A DNA stretch of 64,000 nt, taken from the NCBI GenBank assembly GCA_950097015.1, contig CATNEN010000002.1:5952001-6016000 (forward strand). Direction: 5' to 3'. The DNA is from Macrostomum hystrix. Taxonomy: Eukaryota; Animalia; Platyhelminthes. The position numbers and the translations under genes are program-made. Positions within the stretch are counted from its first letter, which is position 1. Every line of letters begins with the position of its first letter. The notes beneath the pieces were generated by a model that was not told where the DNA came from, did no database searches, and saw only the letters and a list, made by a program, of their open reading frames with translations. Shown here in pieces: positions 12,130 to 24,706 of this stretch.

Positions 12130-13065
12130 TATTTCTTATTCCTATGAAGACTGTAGCTACGATTCCTATGAAGATTGTAGCTTCGATTCCTATGAAGATT
12201 GTACCTACGATTCCTATGAAGACTGTAGCTTCGATTCCTATGAAGACTGTACCTTCGATTCCTATGAAGACTGTAGCTTCGATTCCTATGAAGACTGTAG
12301 CTACGATTCCTATGAAGACTGTAGCTTCGATTCCTATGAAGACTGTAGCTTCGATTCCTATGAAGACTGTAGCTTCGATTCCTATGAAGACTGTACCTTC
12401 GATTCCTATGAAGACTGTAGCTTCGATTCCTATGAAGACTGTAGCTTCGATTCCTATGAAGACTGTAGCTTCGATTCCTATGAAGATTGTACCTTCGATT
12501 CCTATGAAGACTGTACCTTCGATTCCTATGAAGACTGTAGCTTCGATTCCTATGAAGACTGTAGCTTCGATTCCTATGAAGACTGTAGCTTCGATTCCTA
12601 TGAAGATTGTACCTTCGATTCCTATGAAGATTGTACATTCGATTCCTATGAAGATTGTACCTTCGATTCCTATGAAGATTGTACCTTCGATTCCTATGAA
12701 GACTGTAGCTTCGATTCCTATGAAGATTGTACCTTCGATTCCTATGAAGACTGTAGCTTCGATTCCTATGAAGACTGTAGCTTCGATTCCTATGAAGACT
12801 GTAGCTTCGATTCCTATGAAGACTGTAGCTACGATTCCTATGAAGACTGTAGCTTCGATTCCTATGAAGACTGTAGCTTCGATTCCTATGAAGACTGTAG
12901 CTTCGATTCCTATGAAGACTGTAGCTTCGATTCCTATGAAGACTGTAGCTTCGATTCCTATGAAGACTGTAGCTACGATTCCTATGAAGACTGTAGCTTC
13001 GATTCCTATGAAGACTGTAGCTACGATTCCTATGAAGACTGTAGCTTCGATTCCTATGAAGATAT
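12130..13065. repeat. 24-bp minisatellite (ATTCCTATGAAGACTGTAGCTTCG)
   Basis: Homogeneous tandem copies. Confidence 0.95.
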
Positions 13066-13564
13066 AGCAGCATAGCTCCTGTTAGCTAAGCTATGCTGCT
13101 ACGACATTTACTACAATTTCTGCTATTTTTCTAAAGGATTAACACTCCATCTGGTTTCACTGAAGTGTTACTGTACTCTAAGCAGTGAAATTAAATACTT
13201 AAGATTTTTCCCATGCAGCGTCTCACAGAAGCAAAATTTACTAATGTCGGTAAATAAATAAAATGTTTTGGTCGAAAACGGGATCGAAGAAAATGTGCGA
13301 AAAATGGCAAAAAATCCCCTCCTTGACAATCTTCGAGGTCAGATTCTAGTGTCAGCTTTCCGCACAATCCTCATCTGCATGTCAGCCGCGAGTCTGAGAA
13401 TTTCATGGCGAACCAAATTTCAAAAAAAACACAGCGGCACAGATGAAAAGGAGAGCAAATTATGTTTTTGAAGATATCAGGTTTCTTGAAAACACGTGAC
13501 TTGAAAAATTGCAGCCACTGGCAGCGATGAAAAATCCTCCCATATGAGGAACGAACTATTTGCG

Positions 13565-13750
13565 TGTCTGCTGTTAGACAGAGTGTCTGCTGTTAGACAG
13601 TGTATCTGCTGTTAGACAGAGTGTCTGCTGTTAGACAGAGTGTCTGCTGTTAGACAGAGTGTCTGCTGTTAGACAGAGTGTCTGCTGTTAGACAGAGTGT
13701 CTGCTGTTAGACAGAGTGTCTTCTGTTAGACAGAGTGTCTGCTGTTAGAC
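13565..13750. repeat. 19-bp minisatellite (TCTGCTGTTAGACAGAGTG)
   Basis: Tandem copies are directly visible. Confidence 0.95.
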
Positions 13751-14415
13751 ACAACAACGGACATTATTTGAATTGTGGATTGAAAAATAATAATGCACGT
13801 TCGTAGTGGTCCAATGATATTACTGAAAGTAATCACATTGGTTTCTTAACAAATAATAATATTTGTTATGTGACGATCCGGCTTGTGTATAAGTGCTAAA
13901 TGCACCTGTAATTTTGGCACGACGACCATCGAGCAATCATTACATATTGACAGAATTTTTGAACAAAATCAATAAAATATTTGAATAAAATGGCTAACGA
14001 GTATGTACTGCGACGGCACCCCAACTCATTACGTAATCGCTTGGCTGACTTCAAACTGTTTTTTGGGGTTTGGCTTTGGGTAGCGCGCACAGCCTGTACT
14101 TTCATCTTTCATCTAGCCGCCAAAGATTAAACCAAATTTAAGACTTTGAGGGGTCCGGGTGTGACTGGCGCGAGCCGACAACCACCCCAACCTCCGGCCT
14201 GGCATAATAAATCAAGAACAGGTTAATTAGTCGATAACAATTTGGTCAACGTGCGAGCTTCACCGCTTCTGATCCAGACCAGACAGGCAGGCAGACCGGC
14301 ACACGGGGCTGAGGAAGTCTTTAGACTAGTCTATTTTACTGCGATTTTCTCACTATTCTTACACTCAAACTTTAGCCTAGCTGTATTGGAATATTAGATT
14401 AGAAAAATAATAACA

Positions 14416-15489
14416 ATGCACTCCAGCGCTCTGCTGATGAAGAGCTCCGCTCTCTGCTGTCGCCACTTCGCCGGAGAGTTCAACAACAATGCCAACGATC
14501 CAGGAGCCGCCGCCGCCGCTTCAACAGACTCCTGGGACTCGGCGCTGTCCAACTCGCCTGAGGACTTCGGCGGCTGCGGCGGCTTCGGCGGCTGGTGGAG
14601 CAATGGCGGCATCGACAGCTTCGGCGGCGGCGGTCGGTTCGCCGAAGTCTCCGGACTGAACGATGAAGGCTACCTCGAGGGCGTCGCTAGAATGACCAAG
14701 CTCGACTTCTTCGAAGAGACCGAGGAGGAAGCCGATGGTGTCGATGATGATGACGATGACGCTGATGACGATCTGGCGAGCATCTCCAGCAACGGCTCCG
14801 AGATCCTCCAGATGGTGGACCAGCTGCTGCTCGCCTTCAACCTGGAGGTGGCCGCCGCCAATGCGGCTGACACTGGAGCTGCCGACGCCTCGGATGTCTT
14901 CGACTTGCAGACCGCTTCAGGCTTGGCTAACGGCTTCTACCAACCGGACGCTGCTGATGAGATCCCTGATGAGGATGACGTCAGCGACCTCCAAACCGAC
15001 GATGAGGAAGCCAACGACTACTGGATGGCAGAGCATGACCTTCGAGCTCTGGACTCTGACAGCATCAGCCTTGGAGGCGAGGACGCAGACAACGAGGCGT
15101 CGTCCAGGTCATCAGCTTCGGCGAGCTCCGCAGTGTCGGCGGCATCCCAGCAAGCCGTGCCGGCCTTCCTGGCCACCGGTTTGTTCCGGATGCCCCAGGA
15201 GGCCGTGCTAGAGGCCATGGACTACTGGGGCCCGCTGGATCGGATTCGCTGGCTGCTGTGGCGCCCGGAGCCCTGCCCGCCGATGCCCCAGAACCCGCAG
15301 AATCAGCAGCAGCAGCAGCCGCCGCTAGACAAGTCCAAGCGCGCCTGCTCCTTCCTGTTAAAGGGCCGCTGCCGCAAGGAGGACTGCGAGTTCGCGCACG
15401 ACCTGAGCCGCGTCACCTGCAAGTTCTGGGCGGCCGGGCAGTGTTTCAAGGGCCGGGGCTGTCCGTTCCTTCACGGATACGCCGACTGA
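14416..15489 (+). CDS. Intronless protein with acidic low-complexity body and two C-terminal CCCH zinc fingers (357 aa)
   Basis: GC-rich ORF ending CSFLLKGRCRKEDCEFAH-DLSRVT-CKFWAAGQCFKGRGCPFLH, i.e. two CCCH fingers (C-x7-C-x4-C-x3-H and C-x7-C-x5-C-x3-H). Confidence 0.85.
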   Translation: MHSSALLMKSSALCCRHFAGEFNNNANDPGAAAAASTDSWDSALSNSPEDFGGCGGFGGWWSNGGIDSFGGGGRFAEVSGLNDEGYLEGVARMTKLDFFEETEEEADGVDDDDDDADDDLASISSNGSEILQMVDQLLLAFNLEVAAANAADTGAADASDVFDLQTASGLANGFYQPDAADEIPDEDDVSDLQTDDEEANDYWMAEHDLRALDSDSISLGGEDADNEASSRSSASASSAVSAASQQAVPAFLATGLFRMPQEAVLEAMDYWGPLDRIRWLLWRPEPCPPMPQNPQNQQQQQPPLDKSKRACSFLLKGRCRKEDCEFAHDLSRVTCKFWAAGQCFKGRGCPFLHGYAD

Positions 15490-15604
15490 GAATTCAAGCA
15501 AGTCACACGGAAATTATTCTATAAAATCAATGAAAATCTTGTTTAACTTAGTAAGCAATTTAACTAATTAGATATTGTTGTTCGAGAAAAACTACTATTT
15601 TTAA

Positions 15605-15830
15605 TAAGAATAATAATAATTGCTGGAGGAAATGCGGGCAATGGCACATCATTTGGTGACACCAGACCCGCAGCCAGCGAGGAGGCAATTCTGCCCATTT
15701 CGCTGACTCCTGAGCACACACGCACACAGATACTGTACGCAGGCACACACACAGGTGTATACATCTGCCATGACTTTCTCATCGTCAGGCAGTGTACACT
15801 CTCACTGTACCTTGGTGCGAGAGGCAAACA
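15605..15830 (-). mobile_element. SINE family A copy (internally deleted)
   Basis: Reverse complement matches the family A body, 3' hairpin and ATT tail. Confidence 0.85.
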
Positions 15831-17154
15831 CTTTAATCAGTTTAGCCAGCTCACTGACATTGAAATTTTCCACTCAACCCTGAAATTTCAGTCTGGCGCC
15901 ATCGTCGTGATAAAAAAGTTCGGTTGATTAAAGCTTTCAAATAATTTTGATTTATTTTTCTTAGCGACTTTACTATTTAATATTCTCCACATGCACGTTT
16001 GATCTGCGTAGGCTTATTGGATTGAATAAAATCCAAAAAACTTTACAATTTCTCGTTTGTCACTTTTCGCATGTCTTTTTTCGATTTTGCGTTTTTTCTA
16101 AGTTTTTATTATAAATGCGACATGATACTACTGACTGCTGAGTAGTAGTACGGTGAAAAGCTGTCATTATAGAAAGTCAATACAAAAATTCATGAGTCTG
16201 TTAGGCTTGAATCCGGATAAGTTTTTTCTACTAAAACGCCTCCCTAAATGATTTTTTTACTTTCGCATCACCTCATCTTTATTCTGCATTGGTAACTTTG
16301 CTATTCTTTGCGGATTCAAACTCGACAAATGCAACCAAAAAAACTTTTTTCCTCTCCCCCAAACAATGCCCATGTTTTTAAACTCCCTTTTCACGCGATT
16401 CACACTCGACTACTGTAGAAGGTCAGTGTCAAATCGATTTTTAGCACCCTCAGCCCTGAGTTCTGCTCAAATGTGTGCTCACATTCTTTATTATTCGTAC
16501 CAATGATCTGTAACTTGGTATTTGAGAGCAGAGCACTGTGGCTTCACAAACCATCGATTCTATGATCGCCAAATTCATCAACTCATCTTTATTCTGCCAC
16601 CTGGCTGTTTCAGTTGGCAGGTGTGCATCGTTTGTCGCTGCCTGCGTGAGTTCAATTTCTATTGAAGGTTTTGCTGCATAAAATAATTAATTTTAATAAA
16701 AATCTTCTTATCGTGTGTCAGATTTTCGCTCTCAATAATGCAGTACATACAAGTATGTAGTTGTAATACCGTGCTTTCACCTGTCTAAAATGGCAAAACA
16801 CTAAAAATATTTCTTTCGCCCCTATCGCTATGCGCCAGTTCGATTGCTTGATCCTCTGACGAAGGCTGGAATTGATAATGAACAAGATTTTGTCTGCGTT
16901 TGAGCATAGCAACTAGCAGCAATGTGAGCTGCAGTGCTAGTGCTGCTGTCGAGCAGAATTTGGAAATAAAAGAAACAAACGTTTGACCCACGCAGAACTG
17001 CATTGTGCAATTTTGTGGGTTTATTTAAAAATATTTTCCCGAAGAAAACTACTTGGTGTTTCTGTGTAAGTCCATTCCCAATTATCTATCATCTGCTGTT
17101 TCTTTCAGTCATGCATGTAAATAGTAAAACAAAATAGAGTAAAACTCGACTAAT

Positions 17155-17330
17155 TCAACCTCCCGGCCATAGAAGAATGCTACCCCCGAAGTCAACCCCC
17201 GGCCATAGACGAATACTACCCCCGAAGTCAACCCCCGGCCATAGACAAATTCAACACCCGAAATCAACCCCCCGGCCATAGACAAATTCAACACCTGAAA
17301 TCAACCCCCGGCCATAGACAAAAGCAACCC
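17155..17330. repeat. ~36-bp minisatellite (TCAACCCCCGGCCATAGAC...)
   Basis: About five tandem copies. Confidence 0.85.
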
Positions 17331-17819
17331 CCGTATATATAACCATGGACTCCTTGAGTCCATGAATTCAACACTCTCACATTGCCTGACGGAGAGTGTG
17401 GTCAGAAGTCGGCGAAATTCTCAGAAAAAATAATGGCTCGTCCAATAAAGACCATTGGTTTTTGTGCCTTGACAAAATTCACACAGTGATGTGGCTAGAG
17501 ATCTAGCTTATTTATTTATCGCGATGCAATCAGCAACAAATGTGACAATTGATTACAATTACGTACTCGTAGATTGGAAATTGCCAGCTAAACCAGCAAG
17601 AAATGCACTTTAATAACAATCATGTTAGCCAACGTGTAAAGTGTCTTAAGACGCACTTTTAGTGTGTGAGGATTTTTACGTAGTTTGACGGACAAGCTCA
17701 CGTGGCCTATGTAGCCATGCATCTAGAATACGCAGAATATTTAGCATTATATGCCTTGACGTTAGACAAACAGTTGAGTCAACGTAAAAAAGTAAGAGCA
17801 ACAGCTGAGAGTCAGGAAA

Positions 17820-18255
17820 CCAGACTGTCAGGACAGCACAGTCAGGACAGCACAGTCAGGAAAGTCGGGACAGCAGATTCAGGACAGTCAGGACAGTCAG
17901 GACAGCACAGTCAGGAAAGTCGGGACAGCAGATTCAGGACAGTCAGGACAGTCAGGACAGCACAGTCAGGAAAGTTGGGACAGCAGATTCAGGACAGTCA
18001 GGACAGCACAGTCAGGACAGCACAGTCAGGACAGCGCAGTCAGGAAAGTCGCGACAGCAGATTCAGGACAGTCAGGACAGCACAGTCAAGACAGCACAGT
18101 CGGGATAGCACAGTCAGCACAGTCAGGACAGCAAAGTAAGGACAGCACAGTCAGGAAAGTCGGGACAGCAGATTCAGGACAGTCAGGACAGTCAGGACAG
18201 CACAGTCAGGACAGCACAGTCAGGACAGCACAGTCAGGACAGCACTGTCAGGGCA
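17820..18255. repeat. 14-bp-based minisatellite (CAGTCAGGACAGCA) abutting the DOCK stop codon
   Basis: Directly visible. Confidence 0.9.
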
Positions 18256-18256
18256 G

Positions 18257-21200
18257 TCAGAACTGGCTTGTTCGCCGAACGAAGTAGCGAGGCACGATTG
18301 GGGGCGCAGCTCCAGTTGCCAGTCGCTCCAGTTGGGCGCGCAGAGTCGCGGCTGCCGGGGAGCTGACTGCGATCCCCAGCCGCTGCAACTGCTGCAAGAG
18401 TCGAGTCGCGATTTCAGCGACTTCGGTGGCCAACCCGACGCCAGATGGTCGCCGCCGATAGAGCAGCTCCAGGCATCGGGCAGCTTGGTCTAAAAGGCGT
18501 CTTGCTTCCAGCAGGAGTCGAGTCCGATGATTGTTGGCTTCTTGAACATCGATATCTTCATCGGCATCTTCGTCCGTGTCGACAGATCGAAGCTCTGCCA
18601 GAGTGGCGTCGAACTCACTGGGAACCTGCTGGACCAGTTGCATCAGGTGCTGCCAATCGTCGATGGCCTCCTGGGCGTCGGCGACGTCTGTTGAGATCAC
18701 GAGGTCGCGAGCTGCGCAGCGGAGCTCCCAGGCGACAGCCTCGATGCTTCGGGCTGCGGACTCAGCGGGTGACTCGGTTAGCGACTCGACCAGGCGGGCC
18801 GGCAGAAGCCGCACTGGCGCGGGCATTGTCTCCTCGACCTCGTAAACCCACAGCAGCCGGCGACGACGTCGGCGACTTGGCGTAGTGGCTCCCGGCGACT
18901 CGAAGCGAATAAATCGACTAACGTCGTTGTGCCGATGATGCGTCATGGCGGAGAGGGAGTTGTTGCCGCCACCGCCTCCGCTGACGAGTCCCGGCATTGG
19001 CGGCTGTGGCACAGGTGTTAGCGGGTGCAGTCGAACGCACAGGCCGGATGAATAGCCGCAGTCGTCGTCTTCGCCGTCGTCGACAAAGTCTTCTTGTTCC
19101 GGTAAGGCGTGGCCTTCAGTGGCTGGACGAATGGCAGCGTCGGGCAGCAGGCGCGCGAGTCGCTCCGCAGCTTCGTCTAGCGACGCTCCGTCTGGGAAGG
19201 CGCAGATGAACCGCCTCGCTCGGTCGACACCGTCGAAGCAGTTGCGCATTCCAGCCGGGAGGCAGTCGACCTCCTCGTTGTTGTTGCTGCTGTGGTTTCG
19301 CATCACAGCCAGGTAGTAGGTTGGCGGAGTTCGCCGCCGCTCTGACAGAGGCGGGCTGTCCAGCTGCTGGCAGAGGTCGGACAGCAGCAGCAGGGCGGAG
19401 CGCTCACGCTGGAAGTCCAGGAGGTTGTCGCGGTAGTGTCGGCGCAGCTCCTCGGCTTGCTGTTTAGCCTTCATTGGCAGCTGGGCTCGTCTGAACTGCT
19501 CCATCGAGTTCATCAGGAGGCGCTCCTGCGGCGGGGCGGTACCAGAAAACACAACACATTCGATTTCTCATCACATTTAGTCCTCCTAAATTCCATCAGT
19601 CCAACTCAACCGATGCCAAAGTAACTACGAGTACATGACCTTTGAATTAGGTGAACTCAAAATACTTTATGTTAGAAAACAGCTAGATCCAGGCCGTCAA
19701 TTTGCAGGTTTCTCTCCGCCCAGTCAGAGGTGTGAATATCAGAAAACTTTAACAATCCACCCCTCCTCCGCCAACGGAGTATTATTTATCGAACCAAACA
19801 GAAGTCCTTAGGAGTAGCGCCCACCTCCGCTCAAAGTACGCTTATGTTGCTTATTGATCAAATCAGAACCCTCACGCCAATAAACAGAGGCAGTAGAGTG
19901 CCTATTGCCTGCTCTCCGCCCCGTTCTCAAACCGGCTGCCAAGCGTCCCCTGGAGATAAGCTGTCCTTGTCTCCAGGGTCTGCGACAAGAATCGGCAACG
20001 CAGCATTTAAAAATATTTTGCCATCTGCTGATTAACTGAATGCAGTAGGGCAGCGGGCAATGGCACACCATTTGGTGACACCAGACCCGTCAGCCAGCGA
20101 GGAGGCAATTCTGCCCATTTCGCTGACTCCTGAGCACACACGCACACAGATACTGTACGCGGGCACATACTCAACAGGTGTGTACATCTGCCCTGACTTT
20201 CTCGTCGTCAGGCAGTGTAGACTCTCACTGTGCCTTGGAGGTTGGCCCTCAAGGGCGTCAATTGCACGACAAGCCCCCAAAGCCTTCTCTCCGCGTCTGC
20301 GCCCCAAATGAACGTTAACCGCTTGCCGCTCACCCCCTCAAGGAGTCCTTGATATAGCATCTAGACGCTATAGATGCTATATCTAGGACTCCTTGCGCAA
20401 ATGCCTAAAATCTCAGGATTGTTTAAACCTCAGAAACGTCTGCATCTACAAATTAATTGCCGTAGGAAGAATGAAAGCCATCCAAAGCAATCACCGACCT
20501 TGAGCTCCGACTGGGTCTGGCAGTCCCTCAGGTCGGGCGGCAGCTTCCAGCCGCCGATAACGGAGCCAGTCGCCGGTTCGTCGCTCCAGTCCAGACTGCG
20601 GGCCGTCGACGCGAGGCAGCAGGCGGCCTCAGCAAGGCGGCCGGCCCGCTCCTGTAGCTGCGCCAGGCGCAGCAGGCACCGCCAGGCCAGCTGAGTCAGC
20701 CCGGCCGACAGGTAGAACCGGTGCAACCGGTACAGCGCCAGTGCCTGCGGATCTTCGACCAGCTCGCCGGCGCCGCTTCTGGCCAGCCGGCGCGTGCTCT
20801 CGCGCAGCAGGCTGAGCTGCTCGCTGATTGAGGACACCAACGGCTTCAGCGGCGAGGCTGGGATACCAGCCAGGTCGGTGGTATCGCCAGCCTTCAGGAC
20901 GGTGTCGAGAAGTCGGTGGAATCTGGCCGCGAAGCCTTCGTCGGCTCGTTGCTGCTCAATGAGCTCGTTGATGGCCAGAGTGAGCTCAAGGGCGCTGGCT
21001 TCGGCAGCTTCGGGGACCTGGCGACGAGGGGTTCGGGGATCTCAGGGATTGAAATTTAGAAATCTGAGACTGGGATTCGGGATCTAGGATTGGGAAGGAT
21101 TGGGGAAGAGGGATTCGAAAAAGGATTCGGGATCTGGGATTCGGAAGAAGAAATCGGGGATCTAGGGATTGGGAAGTAGGGATCTAGAGACTGGGAGGTA

Positions 21201-24200
21201 GGAATCTAGAGATTAAAAGTAGGGATCTAGGGATTGGCAAGTAGGAATCCAGAGATTGGGAAGTAGGGATCTAGAGATTGGGAAGTAGGGATCTAGAGAC
21301 TGGGAAGTAGGAATCCAGAGATTTGGAAGTAGGGATTTGGAATCTTATATTGGAAAGTAGGGGTCGGGGTCGGGATCTAGGGTGGATTGGGGAGTTGGGA
21401 TTGGGGATCTAGGATCGGAAAGTGGGTATTAAGTGGGGTTTTAGCACTATTTCAATATGAGATGTCGGGAAGGAAAATAGATATCGCGAATGCGGAAATG
21501 GGATTTAGGATGGGGTTTCATAATGCTTTAACAACCTGCAGCACATCGGCCAGCATCCTGACGGCCATCTCTTGCAGCTCCATCTGGTTTGGTCGCGCAG
21601 CGGCGGCGCAGCGCAGCAATTTCGGCGTCAGGCTGGGCGCCAGATTCGCGCGAGTTGGCGCCGGCAGGCGGCGCCAGACGGAGCGCGCCACCACCAGGGC
21701 CGACAAGCGAAGGTCCGGCTCCAGAGCGGCCAGGCGCGGATGTCGCCGACGCTCCTCAGCCGTCGCGATCGCCTGCGGCTGCTGGATGAAGCTGAATAGG
21801 CTGGCCATGGAGCAGCGCGCCAGGTCGGGCAGGCTCTCAAGGGGCAGCAGCTCGGACAGTCGGTGCAGCGTTTCCATGACAACCGCCGACTCCAGCAGCA
21901 GCAGGCTGTTCCAGTTGCCCCACCGGCCCGCGTACTGGTCGAACAGGCCAGACAGCAGCTGCAGCAGCTCGCCGGATTCGTCCGACAGGTCGGTCTTCGC
22001 CGCCTCCGTCGTCGGCCAGAGATCGACGCCGACAACTGCCGACCATTGGAATGCGGTGGCGGAGGCCGAGTGCCTATCGGCGGTCTCAAGCCAGGCCTAC
22101 AAAGGGAGAATTCCATGATTCCATGATTCCATGATTCCATGATTCCATGGTTCCATGATTCCATGATTCCATGGTTCCATGATTCCATGGTTCCATGATT
22201 CCATCATTTCATCATTCCACGATTCCATGATTCCACGATTCCATGATTCCATGATTCCATGATTCCATGATTCCATGGTTCCATGATTACATGATTCCAT
22301 GGTTCCATGATTCCATGATTCCATGATTCCATGGTTCCATAATTCCATGATTCCATGGTTCCATGATTCCATGATTCCATGATTCCATGATTCCATGGTT
22401 CCATGATTCCATGATTCCATGATTCCATGATTCCATGGTTCCACGATTCCATGATTCCATGATTCCATGATTCCATCATTTCATCATTTCATCATTCCAT
22501 CATTCCACGATTCCATGATTCCATGATTCCATGATTCCATGATTCCATGGTTCCATGATTCCATGATTCCATGATTCCATGATTCCATGATTCCATGATT
22601 CCATGGTTCCATGGTTCCACGATTCCATGATTCCATGATTCCATGATTCCATCATTTCATCATTCTATGATTCCACGATTCCACAATTCCACGGAACAGA
22701 GAAATCTTGAATCTAGTTCGTAATAATAATTTAGATAATCAATAATTGACTACACCTGCAGCTACTGCGCGGCGCATCTGAAGGCTGCGAACAGCTGTTC
22801 AGTCCATGGACTGGGGGGACGCCACACCCACCTGTTCAACAGCTGGGTGAACTGAATAATTGCATAGCTTGCTATAGGATACAAATTGTTCGAGTGGAGT
22901 CGAGAATCGAACCCCTGACCTTTAAGTCGTGAGTCCGTGGCTCTAACCACAAGACTACAATCCCCCTAGCATATCTAGGGAAGATGAATAAATAGAGGAT
23001 TTATGAAGAATTGATGATTGAGGATGCAAACAGTGCCAGACCTGCCAGGCAGACTCAGATCTGTTGAACATCTCCATGAGGGACACGATGGCTGTGAGGA
23101 ACAGCCGCAGGTACTTTGGCTCCAGGCCTGGCCGCGTCCTCAAGCCTTCAAGCGGCCTGTCGAAGGCCACCAGGGCGCAGGTCTGCGTCAGCGGGCGGAG
23201 AATTCGGCGACGCGCCAGTAGCTGCACCGCCGGCTCCGCCACCGAAGCCTCGAGGCCGCCGAGTCGTCTGAGCAGTTCGTTCAGCGGGCGGAGGCTGGCC
23301 TCGAGGATGCTCAGGTTGGATGGCCGCACCTGGCAGGTGTTTCAAGGATAAAATGAGCAATGGTTAAAACTGAGCAATGATCCCCGTTTGAACCTTCGAA
23401 TCCTCATTTAAGAGGCTGGGATCCTAAATAATCAAATTTGAAATTGCTCCTGCTGCTCGAGGTCTCGTAGACACCAGACCTGCAGCCAGCGACGAGGAAA
23501 TTCTGCCCATTCCGCTGACTCCTGAGCACTCCTGAGCCCATCGCTACAGTCAATGGACTGAACAGTTGTAGGTAGCCTAAAGGGGTTTCGTGTTAAAGAT
23601 ACATCGGACTGACGGCTTAAAGGTCGGGGGTTCGATTCCGGACTTCACTGGTCCTGAACTCTGCATTTCTTCATCAGTTCACCAAGCTGTTGGGTACCAG
23701 CATTGGGTAATTGAGAGCGGGTGTGGCGTCTACCCAGTGGATTGAACACCCGTTGATGCGGCACGCGATAGCTTCGGCTGTGCTGTCGGCTTCACACCTG
23801 GGGCCACTTCCCAATCTACTAACCTGATCCTCGATTTTGTTCCTCTCGCAGGCCAGGGTCTCGATGGCCAGGTCGGCAGCAATCTCCGTCAGCTGCAGCC
23901 GGGTGTCCGGCCACGCCCAGAACTCGTCCACCTCGACCAGCTGGTCGAATCGGAGCAGCCCCACAGGTGGGCTTTGCTGAGCAGCCCGAAGGTCGGACAG
24001 AACTCGCCACAGCTGCTGCCAGAGCCAGCGAGGTTCGGCGGCTTCAACAAGCAGCGGCAGGCAGTCGGTGAAGAGGCCGGCTGCGAACTTGCAGTGCAGG
24101 ATGTTGCCTGTGCGGATCGGGTGCTGACGGAAGGCGCGGAACAGGAAGTCGAACTGCTCCTGAAGAATGTCGGAGCGTTGAAAATTTTCGCGCACCGCTG

Positions 24201-24672
24201 AGAAGGCAACGAGGCGCAGGACGGGCCGGACGCTGGCGTACAGGTCCTGCATCACCGCCTGGGGATGGAAAGCGGTTGAACATTGTGCGAGCTTTTTGGG
24301 GACTTTTCTGGGATTTAAGATGGACTCTCTTTATCATTTAAGATTGGGATTTGGGAGCCGTTCCCACCTGTGCTCCGGTGGGCAGCCTGAAGTCGCGGTG
24401 CACCTCGGTGGCCAGTTGCCTCAGCAGGACTCGGTGAAGCCCAGCCGGTGGCGGCCAGTCCGCCAGGCAGGCGGTCAGCAGAGCGGCCTCGGCCTGCGGC
24501 GGTCTCTTCGCGGCCAGTGCGAGCAGGCGGACGAGGCCGCTGAACGCGGGGTCGGAGACGCTGGACTCCTGGGCGCTCACTCGGATGAGCAGCGCCCGAA
24601 GGAGGCCCGGGAAGCACGCCAGGAGGTCCCGCTCGTCCTCGGCTTCGAGGCGCAGCTCGGATGGCGATGGAA

Positions 24673-24706
<34 letters not shown>

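Noticed and set aside
12129-13073. ~310-aa ORFs on both strands (IPMKTVAS / LHRNRSYS)
   Set aside because: Translations of a 24-bp minisatellite, with no unique coding flanks or splice evidence.
22885-22960. Functional tRNA gene (also 1370-1430, 23590-23645, 26215-26290)
   Set aside because: A/B boxes are present but there is no complete cloverleaf or acceptor stem, and each continues into a SINE body.
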